Notes under the pieces: generated by a model | Database searches by the model: none | The model's input: the letters and a program-made list of their open reading frames with translations, nothing else | Told to the model about the DNA's origin: nothing | Made by a program: the position numbers and the translations under genes | In this document: piece by piece, positions 1 to 12,829 of the stretch | Layout of the letters: each line of letters starts with the position of its first letter | How positions within the stretch are numbered: position 1 is the stretch's first letter | Assembly: GCF_006345805.1 (NCBI RefSeq) | Contig: NC_043020.1 | Span: 4,154,001 to 4,218,000, forward strand | Length of the DNA stretch: 64,000 nt | DNA from: Octopus sinensis | Taxonomy: Eukaryota | Direction of reading: 5' to 3'

Positions 1-240
1 AGTGCTGCCTGACTGGCTCCCACGCCAGTGGCATGTAAAAAGTATCCACTACACTCTCGGAGTGGTTGGCATTAGGAAGGGCATCCAGCTGTAGAAACTT
101 TGCGAGATCAGACTGGAGCCTGGTGCAGCCCTCTGGCTTGCCAGTCCTCAGTCAAACCGTCCAACCCATGCCAGCATGGAAAATGGATGTTAAACAATGA
201 TGATGATGATAATCATCATCATCATCATCATCATCATGAT
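1..240 (+). mobile_element. Family-A repeat (RTE-3'-UTR-like / SINE), (TGA)n tail
   Basis: GGAAGGGCATCCAGCTGTAGAAAC...CCATGCCAGCATGGAA...GATGATGAT, recurring many times in the window. Confidence 0.85.
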
Positions 241-932
241 TTCAAGGCACTCAAACATTTGAATAGATTTTCAGAAGCTATAAATTATATTTTTATAATT
301 CATAGCACAACTTGTATTATCCTTGTGGCACCATCTTTCAGAACTCCTTTGGTTATCTTGTCCGCAGTTCCAGCTGGGAATTGAAACAAAGTTGCTAGCT
401 GAATTTACCGATTTTACTAGCATCACAGGACAAACATGAGGATTAATATAAGTAATTAACAATATAATGAGAGAAGAGAGATTATTAATTATTGTAGAAA
501 AAAAATGGTTGGATTTAATCTGCTTCGTCCTTGGCACTACTGCCCTCATAAATTCATATTTGTTTGTATAAGAAATTATTATTTTTATTATTAAATAGCA
601 ATAAAGAGAATTAATGAAAATTAGGGATTAATGCAGACGAACTCCCCACCTCACCGCCTTCTGTTTGTCCTCTAATATCCCCAGCAGTTGTTTACTTACA
701 ACTGACATAATATACCAGCACCCTGGGGACAGGGATTGGCTGATCCATTAGAGTACTGGACTTGCAGTATTTAGTGAGTTCCTTTTATATTCTGAGTTCA
801 AACCCCACTGAGATCAACTTGACTTTTATTCTTTAAAGGTCAATAAAATAAAGTATTAATCAAGAACTGAGGTCAGTTGTATTGACCAAAACTCCTCCCC
901 ATCAAAAATTGATGGTTTTATACCTAAATTAA

Positions 933-983
<51 letters not shown>

Positions 984-1010
984 TATTATTATTATTTATT
1001 ATTATTATTG
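933..1010. repeat. (ATT)n microsatellite
   Basis: Direct reading of the sequence. Confidence 0.95.
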
Positions 1011-1233
1011 AGGTGACAAGCCGGCAGAATCATTAGCATGGCAGCCAAAATGCTTAGCGATATTTCATCCATATTTACGTTCCGAGTTCAAATTCCACTG
1101 AGGTCAACTTTGCTTTTCATCCTTTCAGGGTTGATAAAATAAATATCAGTTGAGTATTGGAGTTGATGTAATTGACTATACCCCTCCCCACAAATTTCAG
1201 GCCTTGTGCCTCTAGCAGAAAGGATTATTATCA

Positions 1234-1289
<56 letters not shown>

Positions 1290-1290
1290 A
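1011..1290 (+). mobile_element. Family-C SINE with (ATT)n tail
   Basis: GGCAGAATC.TTAGCA...GAGTTCAAATTCC.CTGAGGTCAACTTTG (tRNA-like boxes) and ATT tail. Confidence 0.85.
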
Positions 1291-4289
1291 TTAAGGCAGT
1301 GACTGGCAGAATCATTAGCATGGCTTTACATTTTGCATTCAAAGTCCAGCAAAGTTGATTTTGCCTTTCATCCTTTTGGGGTCAATAAAATAGGTTTGAG
1401 TTGAATTTAGGGGCTGACTTAACCAACTTATCCCCTCCACCAAAATTGCTGGCCTTGAGCCAAAATTTGAAAACATTATTATTATTATTAGATTTTACCT
1501 TAACTGTCCATATTTTTTTTTCCAGTTTTTCATTGTTGCAGTTGCTAGTAAACTCCAAGAGTCAGATAACTTCAAGCAGATTAAAGGAGTTCTAGCCATG
1601 ACCATCACATTATCAAACGTAGTCTTCTAAAGCAAACAACACTGTCTGATATGTTATTGTTTTTTTCAAAACAACAACAGAGAGGAAAGAATTCATTGCA
1701 ACATTCGTTACAACTTTCAATGCTTTCATTCCAAATGCAGTTAAGGTCAGCTTTGCCCTTTCTGTTTAAGGGGTCAATAAAAAAGTACAAATACAAGGTG
1801 GTGGGTAAGCAGAACAGTTTCAGGGTCAAGTATCGCATGCTGGGGTTTCTGTTTTGGCATCACTGGTGCCAAGCTGTGTGACAGCTACACCTTTCCTTTG
1901 GAAGACGTTGAGCGTACTGAGAGAATGGTGTAAAGGCTCACCTGGTGACTCATCTGGTTTCAAGTTGTAATCCTCCTCACAACCACCAGCTTTTTAGGTT
2001 TGTTCCAAGCTTGTTTAACCCCAGGTCAACCATGATCCAGCAGGGCCATAGCCAAAACCATTCTAGTCATGTTTCGAAAAAGAGAATCTAATATAACTGT
2101 TTATAAGTTGAAATGAGAGGGTCCAATTTGAGGGATATTGAGCTGCTATTTAAGACAAGCCACTATTTACTGGCACAAAAGATGCAAAATAAAGTTCTTT
2201 AGCCATGGATCAGCATGTTTATCCTGTTCCAAAGGGGTTAAGGAGCAACTGCAGGGTCTTGTCTGCAACTCAACTCTGAAATTGTAGGGATCAAAATATA
2301 TTTCTTCTTTCAAGTTAAAAAAAAGGGTGGGTGGGGGGCATGATATATTTTCTATCTCTGCAGTCGTCTTTGAATGGGGAAAACAAGTGGTGCGGTGGTT
2401 GGGGTATTTAGATCAGAGTCATAAAGTCATGGGTTTTGTTTCTGAACTGAGTGATGTGTTGTGTCCTTAAAGTTCTGCTGGGTGAGTGTCCATATCTGCT
2501 CATGACTACTCAGGCCTCTAGAACAATAAATGAAAGCATGGTACATGGTCCCCTAACCCTAATCCATTCAGGAGTGATGGCTCCCAGTAGTGTACTGGAG
2601 TTGAGAAACTTTTGGTAGCCCTTCAACATTACAAACTCAACTATGACTTTCTTCTTAAGTAATAAATATTTTCAACCAATCACATCACCTGCCATCATTT
2701 ACTGCATATGTAAGAATAAAAGTTCAAAGAATCTCCAGTATTGTTTGTATTTGATCCTGCAGCAGAGACTTAGTGTTGGAGCATGATAGAATTGGTAAAA
2801 ACTGTTGAAGGCTTCTGCCCCAGCAGGGCTGCTTGCTGTCCAGGTATTTCGTTTTTGGATTTGGTTTGCAAGATTCTTTATATGATTTCGTGTGTTGAAG
2901 CATATTCTGTTGTGTCTGGGGAGAGTCATTTTCTTTTTGTGCCTTATAGTCAAAACTATTGAAAAGGTTGCAAGACGCAATGAAAATTTTAAGAAAATAA
3001 AAATAAGAAAAAAGTGGAAATTTTACCAGTGAGTGTGTTACATTATAAGGCACAGAAAGAAAATTACTCTCCCCAGACACAACAGAAAATACTCAGATGT
3101 ATGTGTGTATATGATGAGGAGGCAGATCCCTTAATCTGTTAGGCCATAGAGGCACCACTAAAGAACCTATTTTCATATCCTGGCAGAGAGGAAGAAGGTG
3201 AATCAGGTTGGTAGAAACCATCAGATATAATTTCCTCGGGGGGGGGTGGAGCTGAAATCAGAAATTCCCCACACTTCATAACAGAAAGCTATTAACATCC
3301 TATATCGGGTATACCATCACTGTGTATACCATCATCAGTGAATTGGTCATGCTGTGCAATACTAGCTTGTGACTAGGTTTGTCTGGTGCTGTCTAAGACT
3401 TAGCTATCTTAACCACAAATACAACACAATTATAATTGCCAAACTCCAGTTTAGTTTCCTGGTCTTCTGCTTATTTAGTTGTCAGTGGCACATGTGGGAT
3501 TGAAGAAAACCACTCTCTAACCCATACCATAATTTTGGATAGCTTCTTCAGGACACAAGCAATCCATAGCAGATGTGAAGCAGAGATAGAAATATTTTCA
3601 TTCCGCCTGGATACTCAAGTTCAGTGATATCATGGATTTAATTGCAGAGTTTTCATATCACAAACACACACGTGTGTGTGTACACAGTAAAAATAGTTTA
3701 ACTGTTCCATATCGAGTTATATTGAATATAGAAAGCAAAGAGGAAAATGCACAGAGATATATTAAATAAAATAGTTTTGCCTTAGTTCATCGTATAATAT
3801 CTCTGGTTTAATATCCACTGGTTTCGGTTCTCACTGAGGTATCAATGGTGAATGACAAATGACAGAAAGTGCTTTAAGTGTTTTTTTTATAGCAAACAGG
3901 CGTTATCCAAACTTGTGGTCAACATAAAAGTAACTAGTAATTACTTATTAATTGTTTAAGTGCAATTTCCCATTTTTTCATAAATTACTTCCTTTGTCAA
4001 TTCATTGGTGCCTCGTGGTTAAATCTGAATGTTTATATGTCAAGAATATCTAAAAATCAAATAAATTCATTTCTGCTACCTGTTGACTTAACGGAATTTG
4101 GATTACAGATACGTTCACTGCCATCAATTCACTGCAAGTGAAGTTTACCGAGTAAATATATCCAAAGTATCTCACCATTTACAGCGAAAAACTATTTTAT
4201 TGAAAAGAAAGAAAAATTTTAAACAGTGAATTGATTATGGTGAACTTTCCCTGTGGGGAATTGAGGACTGGACATACCAGACATATGGG

Positions 4290-5015
4290 ATTTATCTTGT
4301 ATTTTCTTAACACATCGCTAAAATTGCCAAGAAGGCTGAGGGTGTCTTGGTATCACTCACCAAGTCCTTTGTGAGCCGCTCTCCGGCTATCTATCTGCGG
4401 CTTTATATAGCTATAGTACGACCTCACCTGGAATTTGCATCACCGGTCTGGAACCCCTATCTTGCCCAGGATATTAATCATCTGGAAGCCGTTCAGCGAC
4501 GTGCAACCAAAAGAATACCCTCCATCAGGCATTTGCCATATCCTGAACGCCTTACTTCCCTGGGCATGGACACATTGAAACTCCGACGTCTGGCAGCTGA
4601 CTTGGCAGACACCCATAAAATTATCAACCATCGTCCAAACAATAACTCTGAGCACCTTTTCAAACTCCACCCATCTAACACCCGTGGACATATTTACAAA
4701 GTCAGAAAACAGCACAGCTCCCTTGACTTCAGGAAACATTTTTTCACGCTGAGAGTTGCTGAAGCATGGAACAAACTGCCGGCATCAGTTGTTATTTGTT
4801 GGAGCACTGCATCCTTCAAAACTTCCATGCTTTCTGAGATTCACCAACACTACACCTGATTTTCTCCCCTCCATACACACACAAGCATGTTTCTGACTCA
4901 TACACTGTTCACTTCCCAGACATTTGTACATTATTGCATATGCTTTATATGCACTTTTGACAAGTTGTGGTGCACCTGAGCACTGTAGACAATAATTTCA
5001 TAATTATCATTATTA
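4290..5015 (+). mobile_element. CR1-clade LINE 3' fragment
   Basis: ORF 4347-4859 has YIAIVRPHLEFASPVWNP, LEAVQRRATK and FFTLRVAEAWNKLP; followed by a 3' UTR and ATT-rich tail. Confidence 0.9.
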
Positions 5016-5808
5016 TTTAACTTATTTGCTGCCGGTGTAAAGTCTAACCTGTTGATAGATTAAATTGTGAGAATTACAGGTTTTTGGCTTTTACTGCAGT
5101 TGAGAGTCTGCGGTATCCAATCCATTTTCATGTTTTTATTCTGGGTTATCTAAATCACTGTGTTCATTTATTAATCTTGATTAAAAGTGGGATTTTTAAA
5201 AATCAAATTATCCATTGATTGCACATTGCTAACGAGTAGGTTGGGTTGTACTTGGTGAGTGTTGTTTCAACATGTAACTGATAATTGATACAAATGCAAC
5301 AATTTGTATTGCAAGGATGATAATTGATCCGCAGCTGGGCTTTGGATGGAAGGATGTATATGGCAAAAAAAGAATCCTCATAAAATGGAAAATGTAGATA
5401 AAAATATATAAAAAAAATGCTGAGTATATGTGCATTGATAAAGATATATGTAGATATCTGTTTGTATAGGTGAAAGCAAAAGTAAATCCATACGAATGCT
5501 CATCAGTACATATACATACATACATTACTACATATATATACATATACACAAACACACCCACAAATATATCATGGTAGTACTTGACCAGTTTATTGTGTTG
5601 ACAAGGATCCTTATCTCATTAACATTTTAGAATTTATCAAAATATTTTATTTATATCTAGCACTATCTATTTTAGTTTTTAATCTGTTTGTTTTCTCTCC
5701 TGCTATTTGTCAATGTACAAACTCTAGCAACTCCATAGCACCTGTTTCACTTACTAGAACACTAGAACATTAGTTGAAGTACATCTACTTCTCCTGCCTT
5801 CTTGTATG

Positions 5809-5856
<48 letters not shown>

Positions 5857-5867
5857 TATATAGAAGG

Positions 5868-5918
5868 AGCTTCTACAGGACTAGTACTGTTTCATTCAAG
5901 AGAAATCTTCAGGAAGCT
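5868..5918 (-). ncRNA. Minimal type I hammerhead ribozyme motif in the Penelope terminal repeat
   Basis: agcttc-CUGAAGA-uuuc ucuu gaau-GAAA-cag uacuaguc cug-UA-gaagcu: 6-bp stem I, both conserved boxes, stem III with palindromic ACUAGU loop, GUA cleavage triplet. Confidence 0.85.
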
Positions 5919-5954
5919 ATTTAACAAGAATTGTATTAGCATTTATACATTTAG

Positions 5955-7382
5955 GCAGGTTTACCAGATAAAAGCAACACCCGATTCCTACAACTGGATA
6001 TCGAGGATTACTACGCCTCTATATCGGAGAGCTTGCTGATCGATGCGATTAACTTCGCCAGGAGGTCCTCCACCATCACCGAGGCCGAGCAAGATGTGAT
6101 CCTCCACGCACGTAAGACTTTTCTTTTCTATGACGGATCCCACTGGATCAACAAAAAATCTGTGACCCCCTTCGACGTCAGCATGGGTGCTAACGACTCT
6201 GCTGAAATAAGTGACCTAGTGGGCCTTTTCATCCTCCATAGGCTGAAAACCCTATTCACAGGCCTCTCCGGTGGTCTTTACCGAGATGACGGCCTTTTCG
6301 CCCTCCACAATATAAACCCCAGGACCACGGATGGGTTCCGGAAAAACCTTCACACCTTCTTTAAAAACTTAGGCCTTAGGATTACCCTAGAATCCAACTT
6401 AACAAAGGCTAACTTCCTCGATGTCACCCTCGACCTAAAAACCTCACTTTATTACCCGTACCACAAACCAAATGAATCCCTTAGATATATAGATATCAAT
6501 TCCAACCACCCCAAAAATATATTAGATAACCTAGTAAAAAGTGTCTCAATTAGAATCTCTAGCCTGTCCGCCACGGAAGATATCTTTAAAGCCGCAGCCC
6601 CCTATTACAACGAGGCCCTGGCCCGCAGTGGTTTTAAAGATAAGATTACCTACACTAGTATAGCCCCACGCCAACCCAGGAAAAATAGACGAAGACACAT
6701 TAGCTGGTACAACCCCCCCTTCAACCGTGAGGTCGCTACACCTGTAGCTAAGATCTTTTTCACTCTCCTACAGAAACACTTCCCCACCCAACATAAGTAC
6801 TACACTATCCTAAATAAGAACACTATTAGACTCTCCTACTCTACCACGCCCAATCTAGCCAGGAACCTAGCCAACAACAATGTGAAAAAACTTAACATAT
6901 CTACTTTCTCCGGGGCCCATCCAACGTCCGATAGCAGTTGCAACTGCCATGATAAAACCACCTGCCCCCTCAACAACAACTGCCTACAGAGGGAACTAGT
7001 ATATAAATGCGAGGTAAGATCAGGCCTTGACGATAAAAGTAAATCCTACATTGGAATGACGTCAAACAGCTTTAAGACCCGCTGGTACGCACATACACAC
7101 TCGTTCCGGCGACAGGATAAATCCAACCAAACTACCCTCGCCGCCCACATCTGGTACCTTAAAAGGAACTCAATCCCCTTCAAGACCAAGTGGAAACTAC
7201 TACAGAAGGCGCGCTCGTACACAGGAGGACATACCTGCTGTGACCTATGCATATCAGAGAGCCTAGAGATCTTGTTCGCCAAAGGCCCTCTCCTTAACAA
7301 ATTTTCAGAACACTCCCCTAATTGCATGCATAAGAAGTATGCGAACTACAAGAACTATAGACCTACCCGGCAACCTGATTGA
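5955..7382 (+). CDS. Penelope-type reverse transcriptase / GIY-YIG endonuclease ORF (N-terminally truncated)
   Basis: Frame is open from 5955 and includes FLQLDIEDYYASI; further motifs GVSMGA-like DVSMGAND, YRDDG, NFLDVTLDL, SNHPKNI, KSYIGMTSNSFKTRWYAH, CDLCISE. Confidence 0.92.
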   Translation, partial: AGLPDKSNTRFLQLDIEDYYASISESLLIDAINFARRSSTITEAEQDVILHARKTFLFYDGSHWINKKSVTPFDVSMGANDSAEISDLVGLFILHRLKTLFTGLSGGLYRDDGLFALHNINPRTTDGFRKNLHTFFKNLGLRITLESNLTKANFLDVTLDLKTSLYYPYHKPNESLRYIDINSNHPKNILDNLVKSVSIRISSLSATEDIFKAAAPYYNEALARSGFKDKITYTSIAPRQPRKNRRRHISWYNPPFNREVATPVAKIFFTLLQKHFPTQHKYYTILNKNTIRLSYSTTPNLARNLANNNVKKLNISTFSGAHPTSDSSCNCHDKTTCPLNNNCLQRELVYKCEVRSGLDDKSKSYIGMTSNSFKTRWYAHTHSFRRQDKSNQTTLAAHIWYLKRNSIPFKTKWKLLQKARSYTGGHTCCDLCISESLEILFAKGPLLNKFSEHSPNCMHKKYANYKNYRPTRQPD

Positions 7383-7464
7383 TGACAACCCCCCCCCTAC
7401 AAACCCCCCCAACCCCACTGTTCCCCTAGCACCCCCGATTACCTTTTCTCCTAAGACCTTTCAC

Positions 7465-7619
7465 ATATTGTATGTGCACGCTTGTATATGTGTATCGTAT
7501 GTATGTATATATGTATAGAAATGCATGGGTACAGTAGGAATATACGCATGTATTATGTGTGTGTGTGTGTATGTATGCATGTAAAAAAATATATATATGT
7601 ATATATGTTTGCATATATG

Positions 7620-7650
<31 letters not shown>

Positions 7651-8150
7651 GCTTGTATGTGTGTGTGTGTGTGTATATATGTATATGTGTTTGTACGTAT
7701 ATGTGTATATATGTGTATATGTATGTGTGTGTGTGTATATATGTGTATGTATGTATAAAATATTATAAAATTAGGGCTTAGTAAAATAAAATAAATTACT
7801 TACTAAACTTTCTAGAAATAGCAGCCAATAAAGGTTTTTAGCCTCTTCCACTACTTAGAGAATTTTTTCCCTCTAACATTGTTTACTCAAAATAATAATG
7901 GTCCCTTTACATACTGAATTCTTGGTGAATTTGATTAATAACTAATTAACTTTACCCTCCCTTGTTGATATATATATATATGTGTATGTGTACATGTATG
8001 TATATATATGTGTGTGTGTGTATGTGTGTATGTATGTATTTGTATATGTGTGTGTGTATATGTATGTGCGCGCGTGTGTGTGTATGCATGTGTATGTATA
8101 TTTGTATATGTATGTGCATGTGTATGTATATGTGTATATATATGTATATG

Positions 8151-8191
<41 letters not shown>

Positions 8192-8360
8192 GTATGTATA
8201 TGTATGTATATATGTGTGTGTATATGTGTATTATGTATGTATTTATATAGATATGTAATTTTTTATATATATATGTATGTATATGCATCTGTCTGTGTGT
8301 GTGTATGTGTATATATGTGTATCATTATTGCGTATGTATACATGTATATGTGTATATGTA

Positions 8361-8401
<41 letters not shown>

Positions 8402-8420
8402 GTATATATGTGGGGGTATA

Positions 8421-8453
<33 letters not shown>

Positions 8454-8616
8454 ATATGTGTATGTGTGTGTATATATATATATATATATGTATGTGTGTA
8501 TGTGTATATATGTATGTATATGTGTATGTGTGTGTACATGTATATATATGTGTGTGTGTATATATATATATGTTTATATGTGAGTATGTAGAGATATAAG
8601 TATATGCATGTGTATA

Positions 8617-8666
<50 letters not shown>

Positions 8667-8887
8667 GGTATGTGTATCCGTGTATATATGTATGTGTGTG
8701 TGTATGTATATGTATGTATGTGTGTATATATGTATGTGTATATGTGTATGTGTGTGTATATATGTGTATATATATATATATATATTATATGTATGTATGT
8801 GTATGTGTATGTGTGTGTATGTGTGCATGTATGTGTATGTGTATATGTGTATATATATGTATGTGTATATGTATGTATATGTGTGTA

Positions 8888-8958
<71 letters not shown>

Positions 8959-9495
8959 GTATATATGTGTATGTGTGTATATATATATGTATATATGAGT
9001 GCGCGTGTGCGTATGTATGCATATATGTATGTATGCATGTATATGTGTATGTATATATGTGTGGAAGTGTGTGCATATATGTATATGTAAGTATGTGCGC
9101 GTGTATGAGTATGTATGTATGATTGCACACGTGTATATATATGTGTGCGTGTGTATATATATGGATGCGCGTGCGTGCGTGCACGTGTATGGGTACGCAT
9201 GTGTATATGTGTATGTGCGTGTATGTGTATGTATGCATATATGTATGTATGCATGTATATGTGTATGTATATATGTGTGTAAGTGTGTGCATATATGTAT
9301 ATGTAAGTATGTGTGCGTGTATGAGTATGTACGTATGCTTGCACACGTGTATATGTGTGTGTGTGTATACATATGGATGCATGTGCGTGTGGGCACGTGT
9401 ATGGGTACGCATGTATATGTGTATGTGCGTGTATGCGTATACGTGTATGTATGTTTGTATGTGTGGGCGTATATTTGTATATGTATGTGTGAGTG

Positions 9496-9550
<55 letters not shown>

Positions 9551-9774
9551 GATGGGGGTGTGTGTATGCGTATAAGTGCATGTAAGTATGGATGTATGGA
9601 TGTATGTATGTATGTTTACGTATGTATGTGTTTGTGTGTATATGTATGTAGGTGTGTGTATGTATGTGTGTATATATGTATATATATATATATGTGTGTA
9701 TATATGTTTGTGTATGTATATATATGTGTATGTATGTGTGTGTATATATATGGGTGTGTGTGTATGTATGTATG

Positions 9775-9812
<38 letters not shown>

Positions 9813-9944
9813 TGTATGTATATATATATATATATATGTACATGTATGTGTGGGTATATATATATATATATATATATAGGTATGTATCTGTATGTAGGAG
9901 TATATATATGTGGGTGTGTGTGTGTATGTGTATATGTGTATATA

Positions 9945-9983
<39 letters not shown>

Positions 9984-10319
9984 TTATTGGTGTATATATA
10001 TAGACTAGCCTCCTAAAGTGTAGACATGAATCTGTAGGTACGAGTACGTATGTGTATATACGTGAACGTATGTAGATGTTTGTATGTATGAATATAACGC
10101 GTGCGTACGTGTATGTGTATGAGTGTACGAATGGGTGTATGTACGTGCTAATGAGTGTGCGTGCGGGAACGAGTACTTGCCTTCTAGTAGACAGACAATT
10201 TGGACATGCTGCCATCGCCAGGATCCTTAGCTCTAGCGATCAAAGATAACAAAAGTAATAAATGAAGATAATAAAATTAAAATTAGGGAATGGGCCTGTA
10301 TTGGATTGTGTATATATAT

Positions 10320-10356
<37 letters not shown>

Positions 10357-10480
10357 GTGTATGTATATATATATATATGTGTGTATGTGTATGTGTGTAT
10401 GTGTAGGTATGTATAGGCACACATGTGTACGTATGTGTGTGTGTATGTATATGTGTTTATGTATGTATGTGCACACATTT
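7465..10480. repeat. Compound (GT)/(AT) microsatellite field inside the Penelope element
   Basis: About 2.5 kb of alternating purine-pyrimidine repeats with short unique interruptions. Confidence 0.95.
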
Positions 10481-10709
10481 TATTTTTTTATTTTTTATTT
10501 TTTTATTTTTTATTTTTTATTTTTTATTTTTTATTTTTTATTTTTTATTATTTTTTTATTTATCTATTCTTTCATCTAACTTACCACTGACTCCTTGACC
10601 ACTCCCCCAAGTATGATATTTTGCGCTATGCCTACCCCCAAAAAAATCCACCACCACCACTCCTTTAAACCTGCCTAATGTATAAATGCTAATACAATTC
10701 TTGTTAAAT

Positions 10710-10759
10710 AGCTTCCTGAAGATTTCTCTTGAATGAACAGTACTAGTCCTGTAGAAGCT
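10710..10759 (+). ncRNA. Second hammerhead copy with GAAA reduced to GAA
   Basis: Identical to 5868-5918 except for one missing A in the GAAA box. Confidence 0.65.
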
Positions 10760-10842
10760 CCTTCTATATAATAAATTAATTTTACTCTGCTATGTATTGA
10801 GTACCTTACTTACTGTGGTTAACCCCGGATCAACCCGGGACC

Positions 10843-10881
<39 letters not shown>

Positions 10882-10900
10882 TATATAATATATATATATA

Positions 10901-11155
10901 TACAGGGTGTAATGGGTAAATTGTCGCCATTTTATATTTTTTATTTCATGCATGCGCATAGTTTGTTTTTGATTTTGTCAACTACACAGTATAGTAGGGT
11001 CAGTTGGTCACCGTCTGCGAGAAAAACAGCACTATGATGCAATTCACTCTGCCAGAAATTTGGAAACGACATGCTGCACTGCTTGGCATTCACGCCAGAA
11101 GCTCCAATATGAACATTTCAGAGTGTTTGGGTGTCAATCTGAGGACAGTGCAATC
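10901..11155 (+). mobile_element. Tc1/mariner-superfamily (maT-like) 5' fragment
   Basis: TA|CAGGGTG terminus in an AT tract; ORF from 11034, MMQFTLPEIWKRHAALLGIHARSSNMNISECLGVNLRTVQ, ends in a helix-turn-helix-like segment. Confidence 0.65.
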
Positions 11156-11156
11156 T

Positions 11157-11428
11157 GTCGCTAAGAGTTGCTGAAGCATGGAACAAAGTGCCAGCATCAG
11201 TTGTTAGTTGTCGGAGAACTGCATCCTTCGGAACTTCCATACTTTCTGAGATTCACCAATACTACACCTGATTTTCTCCCCTCCATACACACGGAAGCAT
11301 GTATCTGACTCATACATTGTTCGCTTCCCAGACATTTGTACATTACTGCATACACTTTATATGCACTTTTGACAAGTTGTGGTGTACCTGAGCACTGTAT
11401 ACAATAATTTCATTATTATTATTATTTT
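11157..11428 (+). mobile_element. Second CR1 3' end
   Basis: Close copy of about 4750-5010, including the (ATT)n tail. Confidence 0.9.
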
Positions 11429-11429
11429 T

Positions 11430-12316
11430 AAGTGGAAGATTTGTGTTATCCGGATGATGCCACCTTAATGGTGCTGGATGCTGTCCTAAAGCAGTGACTG
11501 GAGCCAGCATCAACTGAGAAAAGTTGGTAGATTTGCAGTTTAGCAACTAGAGAAGCAGATCCCTGCCATCCAACAGCATCGTAGAGTGTTGTACTTGGGG
11601 TCTTTGTTTTGTTAAGATCTCCAAGTTGAGAACTGAGACGACATGTCAAGCAGGCTGACATGGGTCACACCTCAAAATGGGCTGATGGCAAGCTTTCCAT
11701 GAAAGGTCAGACACAAGTGGCAGATGTTTATATTGCCTGTCATATTATTGCCCTTGTTAACACCCAAATGGATTCAAGCAACTCCTCTGCTTTTTGTGGT
11801 GGGTTCAGGCACTCTATTTACTGTTAAGCCCTGCTGAGTGGAGGACTGAGTGTGCCATGGTTGCAAGGTAAAGACTTATGCTGAAGCTGTGACATCTCAA
11901 GCAATTCCTTGATGATGAAAATGTCTGATGTGGTCTACAGTCAGAGGAAGAAGGCTCCATAATGGCCTTTTCTAGAGGGTTAGTGGTGGTCAAAAGTGAC
12001 AATGTTCTTGGGGAAAAATGAGTGTCAATGAAAACCAACTGGCTGGTCTATTTCAGATTTTCAGGCAAGGACCCATGGATAATTTGAAGACATTCCTGGC
12101 CTGGCTGTGCTGCAGGGGAACATTGCCAGTACAAGATGTGAAAATGCTGTGAGCCAAGCCATTTCAAGATGCAAATGGGAAAACGAAACTGCTCCACATG
12201 CACTTGACAACAGATGATCATTGCTGTGAGTTCTTCTTGAATGCCTACTGTCACATGTAGGATGAATTCACAGCTATCAGCTGAGTCCATTGTCCCACCA
12301 TCTTCTTTTGGCAGCA
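11430..12316 (+). mobile_element. Degenerate L1/Tx1-clade LINE RT fragment
   Basis: Frameshifted remnants DLCYPDDA (YADD box), KLSMKGQTQVADVYIA and LLSGGLSVPWL (GGLG motif). Confidence 0.65.
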
Positions 12317-12829
12317 AAGTTCAAATCCCACTAAGGTGAATTTAACTTTTTATCATTTCAGGGTCAATAAAATAATGTACAAGTGTAAACATGAGACCAG
12401 CTGCAGTATTGGTGTATATTATAAAAAGTACAGAGGGGGGGGGGGTCATGGATGAGTGGTAACATGGGACCAGTGGTGGTGTCTCAGGTGGACTGGCAAC
12501 CAGGTTTCAGGGTTTGCTTAAGACAGATCCCTAACATAAAATAATGGGATCGGGTCATGGGTAAAATGACAACTCAGAAAAAGCACGAGTTTCAGTGCTA
12601 AATTTGCATTCATGCACGCACACACACACACATGTATGAGTGTGCATGTAACACACACATCTTTCATACCACATAGTAACTTAGGTTTTGGCCCAGCATC
12701 ACGTCTTAATAATACCACCTGTAGAAGTCTTTGGAATCAGAAGCCACTCAAGAAAGGGAATTATTTGAGATGTTGGTGCTTTGTCTGCTATACCTTGGAA
12801 GAATATGCCATCATTTAATATCCATTTTT

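Larger units (their letters stand above)
5850..10780 (+). mobile_element. Penelope-like element, 5'-truncated, with inverted terminal repeats
   Basis: RT+GIY-YIG ORF; about 110 bp at 5851-5963 is the reverse complement of about 10667-10778. Confidence 0.8.

Noticed and set aside
2170-3640. Possible minus-strand exons (e.g. STPPEEIISDGFYQPDSP..., VELQTRPCSCS...)
   Set aside because: Acceptor-like sites exist, but there is no recognisable protein family and no consistent exon chain
7426-10579. Many long ORFs rich in Y/I/M/C/V/H/T
   Set aside because: They are translations of dinucleotide microsatellite that happens to lack stop codons
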